From the NCBI GenBank assembly GCA_963575745.1, contig CAUYUJ010000292.1, positions 558,001 through 622,000 on the forward strand: DNA of 64,000 nt. The letters run 5' to 3'. Below are positions 60,505-64,000 of the stretch, piece by piece. A program made the position numbers and the translations under genes. The stretch is from Prorocentrum cordatum. Taxonomy: Eukaryota. The notes beneath the pieces were generated by a model. It did not search any database. It was given only the letters and a program-made list of their open reading frames with translations, and had not been told where the DNA came from. Numbering within the stretch: the first letter of the stretch is position 1; each line of letters opens with the position of its first letter.

Positions 60505-62831
60505 CTGCTCTCGGGGGGGGGAGCAGGAGTGAAGGGGCCCTGGGACACAGAAAGAAATACACACAAATAAAAGGGTTCCCCAAGTTTTCCCATATTTTCT
60601 GGGGAATCGACGATTCATTGTGTCTGTGTGTTTTTCTCCTACTGGAGGAGGACGGGCCCCGTCCTCTGCTTCTGCAAGGCTCGCCCCACCTCCTCCCCCT
60701 TCCGAGGAGGAAGGGTGGGGGGGGCCCAGACCCCCTCGGGGAAGGAAGATCCCATGACGGGAGGTTTTCTGCTATCTTCGGCCTGTCATAAGCGTCATAT
60801 CTAACGTCTTACCTCTCCCCCATCCGTTACCATTGCGTAGATCTCCTCTCTATTCGCACAATCGGATGCCGGACAAGGCAACGATCCCGAGAGAGTACGC
60901 GACGCATGGTATAGTACGGCATATAATGGCTTAGGAGAACACTGCCAAAACCGAGATCGTCACGTCGAGAACGCGACTCATTCCGACAACAAAGTCAGAG
61001 GGGACCAACAATGACACAAAACGGGGCGTGCAAATGGACGGAAAGCGGGAAGCGCAACATGAGATCAGCGCTGCAACGGGAACACGATTTCGAAGGACCG
61101 AAGCAGCGGACATGAAACCAGCGCTGCAGTGGGAGCACAATTTGGAAGGACTGGAAGCGCGGAACCTAAGCCAACGCTGCAGCAAGAGCACGATCTGGAA
61201 GAACCGAAACAATGAAATGAGGTCAACGCTGCAACGAGTACATGACGTGGAAGGACTGGGAATGGGAGGATTGAAGCCATCGCTGTAGCGGGAGCGGCAT
61301 TCTGAAAGGACGGAAGACGTTCGTATTCGACGCACACACATGATTAATTCGGCGGCACCCTGTGCGTAAAGTCAATACTCGGAGGAAACCAGGCCACCTC
61401 ACTGGCGTCCTCGGGGGAACGAGGATCATCATCTTCATATTGTGTAACTGTAGAGGGGGGAGGGCGATGAGAGGAGGGAGGGAGCATGAGTAAGTAGAAG
61501 GGGGAGTGTTGAGGAAGTTGGCGGGGGGGGGGGGGCGATGGGGAACGGACGGAGGATGGGAGGGAGGGCGGAGATGTCGGTGGGGCGGCGAGGGGAGGGG
61601 AGGGAGGGGAGGGAGGAGGAAGGGAGGGGGGCGAGCGAGGAGGACGTGGAGGGAGGGAGGGGGTGAGGGGGGCCGAGGCGAGAGGATCCCTAAAAGGCGT
61701 GCTCGCCCACGCCTGACTGCACACCGCACGCCCGCAGGCGGGCCTGCGTCCGTGCGCGCTCTCGGGGCGCGCACGCGCGCGCCGACGACGCCCTTCCTGC
61801 GCTGGGCCCCCTGCTCCTGGCCGGGGCAGAAGCATCCGCCGCCGTGCCCTTCGGCCTGGCAGTGGCGTGGCGCGGTGCATGCTGCCTGGCAGGGCCTCTG
61901 CGAGCTCCCCCGATTGATTCCCTGGAATCAAGGAGGAGGAGGAGGAGGAGGAGGAGGAGGAGGAGGAGGAGGAGGAGGAGGAGGAGGAGGAGGAGGAGGA
62001 GGAGGAGGAGGAGGAGGGGGAGGGGGAGGGGGAGGACCGCCCTCACCTCCCCCTTGTCGGAACCGCCTGCGTGCACCACGCCCGCTCCCCTTCCGAGGCT
62101 TCCCGGGCGCCCCGTCGCCACGCCCGCAGGCGGCCCCCCAGCGCCTGCGGGAGCCGAGCAGCCTGCGCTCCGGACCGCCCAAAGACAGGGCACGAGAGGG
62201 CCGTTCTGACTCGAAGAGGAGGCCCCCCAGAGGGAGGGCCCAGACAGCCCCAGTCCCTAACTGCTGTGCCTGTGTGGCGTGTCCGATGCGCGTTCCTCTC
62301 CCAAGCTTTCCGCAAAGGTGCCTCCAGGATGCGTAGGAAGGCATTAGAGGAGGCCCCAGGAAGGCCCAACAACTCCCCAAGACGGCGGACCCCAGAACGG
62401 CTCCAAGAGAGCCCAAGAGCGCCTCCCGGAGGGCCCGAGCAAAAGAGCGTGCAGCACCGTCGCCACCTTCTCTCCGGCCCTCCCTCTCGCACCTCCTCCG
62501 TTTCCGTTCGTCGTCGTCTTTCTCCTCCTCGTCCTCCTCGTCTTACGCATACTCCTCCTCCTCCCCCCCCTACGCTGTGACATGTTACGGTCTTCCCGTC
62601 GCTGGACTACCAGGCCGTTGCAAGTCACGACGATCTGGGCCCCAAGGACGGCAACAATCGCATGACGTGGCTTTCCCGAGCCAGGGGAAGGACGCGTCAC
62701 GTAATACGGGACTCGAACACCCGAGGAGGAAACCCATCACTTCTGATATCCATGTGGGCGGAATCGCAGGTGTGACCACACGGAGTGCCGCGCTGGCACG
62801 GTGGCGGAACTTGCCACAGGCAACTGGACAC

Positions 62832-62903
62832 GAAGCCGAACCCTCGCGAGCGGCTCGTGCTGGGGTCGATCATCACCACCGCGTCTGAGACGACGCCGTA
62901 GGC
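62832..62903 (-). CDS. RRM gene exon containing RNP1
   Basis: gag|GCCTAC...; AYGVVSDAVVMIDPSTSRSRGFGF(V); exact donor uncertain by a few nt. Confidence 0.88.
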
Positions 62904-63923
62904 CTCGGAATGCGGTTACATGTTCCTCCTGCTCCTGGTGCTCTTCCTCCGACTCCTCCGCATCCCCCCTCCTTCGCCTGCTCCTTTCCCCCCCACACAC
63001 ACACCTCTTCCCCCCCCCCATCCTCCTCCTGGAGCCCCTGTCCGTTCTTCTAGCTCCTCGCTCCGCGGGTCCTGCTGCGCGCTTCCAACTCATCCTCCCA
63101 TGCCCCGCGCTCCTCCTGCTCTCGTGCCCTCCGTCTCCTCCTCGTCCCGCTTGTCCTCCTATGGCAAGTGGGTTGTTCGTCCGCCTTCTCCTCCTCTTCT
63201 CGCTGCTGCGGCTACTGCTCGTCCACACACCTCAAGCACACTACCTCAGTGGAGACAAAGAACATACAAGCATAAAGAAGTGCACGTATATTAGAACCCA
63301 ATATGCAACATCCAAACGATCCTGATTCGACACGCCTGCTCCTCCTTCTCTTACTCCTCCTCGTCCTCCTCCTCCTCCTTCTCCTGCTTGCCTCCTCTAT
63401 TTGTTCTCCTCCCCGTCCATATCCTCCCTTCCACCTTGGTCTATTCCTGCTCCTCCCTCCTTCCTGCCTCAGTTTGCTCCTCTTCTCCCAGGCCGTCCTC
63501 GTCCCTCACTCGCTTCCTTTCTGCTCCTCCTCATCTCCTCCCTCTCTCTCAGGGGAAACAATGAGGAACCGATGATGCTACTTCGCTGACGTCTTCCAAG
63601 GTGCGTTCTGACTAGAATTTCGAGGAAAATCTAGCCGTGGGGACGAGGACCTCCCAGACAGGCAGAAATGAGGGGAGGGGAGAGGAGCGGTATCAGGACT
63701 ATTTCCTCCTCTGACTCTCCTCCTTTTCAACCTCCCTCCCTCCCTCGTTCCCCCCTGCCCCCACCCTCCTCCTCCTCCTCCTCCTCCTCCTCCTCCTCCT
63801 CCTCCTCGTCCTGCTCGTCCTGCTCGTCCTCCTCCTCCTCCTCCTCCTCCTCCTCCTCCTCCTCCTCCTCCCTCTCCCACCCCTCCTCCTCCCCCGAACG
63901 CCCAGGACGACGCGCAATGCTGC

Positions 63924-63994
63924 CTCGAAGTGCTCCCGGAGCTCCGCTGCGGTGGCGTTCTGCGGCAGCCCCCCCACGAAGAGCTTGTTCGTGC
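63924..63994 (-). CDS. RRM gene exon containing RNP2 (gene continues beyond the window)
   Basis: ccag|GCACG...TTCGAG|gc; TNKLFVGGLPQNATAAELREHFE joins in frame to AYGVVSD; Musashi/DAZAP1/hnRNP-A1-like RNA-binding protein. Confidence 0.9.
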
Positions 63995-64000
63995 CTGGGA

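Noticed and set aside
60740..61380. 86-aa and 136-aa ORFs in an RRM intron
   Set aside because: No recognisable domain; internal CGCTGCA repeats suggest repeat-derived sequence.

Overview
Repeat-rich, GC-rich eukaryotic DNA, almost certainly dinoflagellate: a 21/22 match to the dinoflagellate spliced leader lies at 40741-40762 (-) and GC-AG introns are present. A Prorocentrum-like source is inference only. Most ORF-track entries are artefacts of (CCT)n/(CAT)n/(TAG)n/(CACG)n microsatellites. Real content: (1) A minus-strand PPR-repeat locus from a spliced-leader relic and ATG (40689) down to 9446, plus a pseudogenised paralogue (47872-46362). Both are cut by about 11 non-autonomous Helitron-like elements (5' TC, 3' hairpin + CTAG, A|T target, no TSD) inserted at the same nucleotide of the 105-bp PPR unit, so most surviving coding blocks are exact multiples of 105 nt. 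The element 5' ends are themselves degenerate PPR sequence. (2) A TSD-bounded, open-frame APE-RT-zinc-finger non-LTR retrotransposon (3169-8854) with a second ORF nested out of frame downstream of the RT and a structured 3' UTR. (3) A TIR-bounded Merlin/IS1595-like transposase relic with an intron. (4) The 3' part of a multi-exon RRM gene (63994 to about 55000). (5) Many MITEs, satellites, a degraded LINE fragment and a 100-N gap. All calls were made by eye; no database searches were run.
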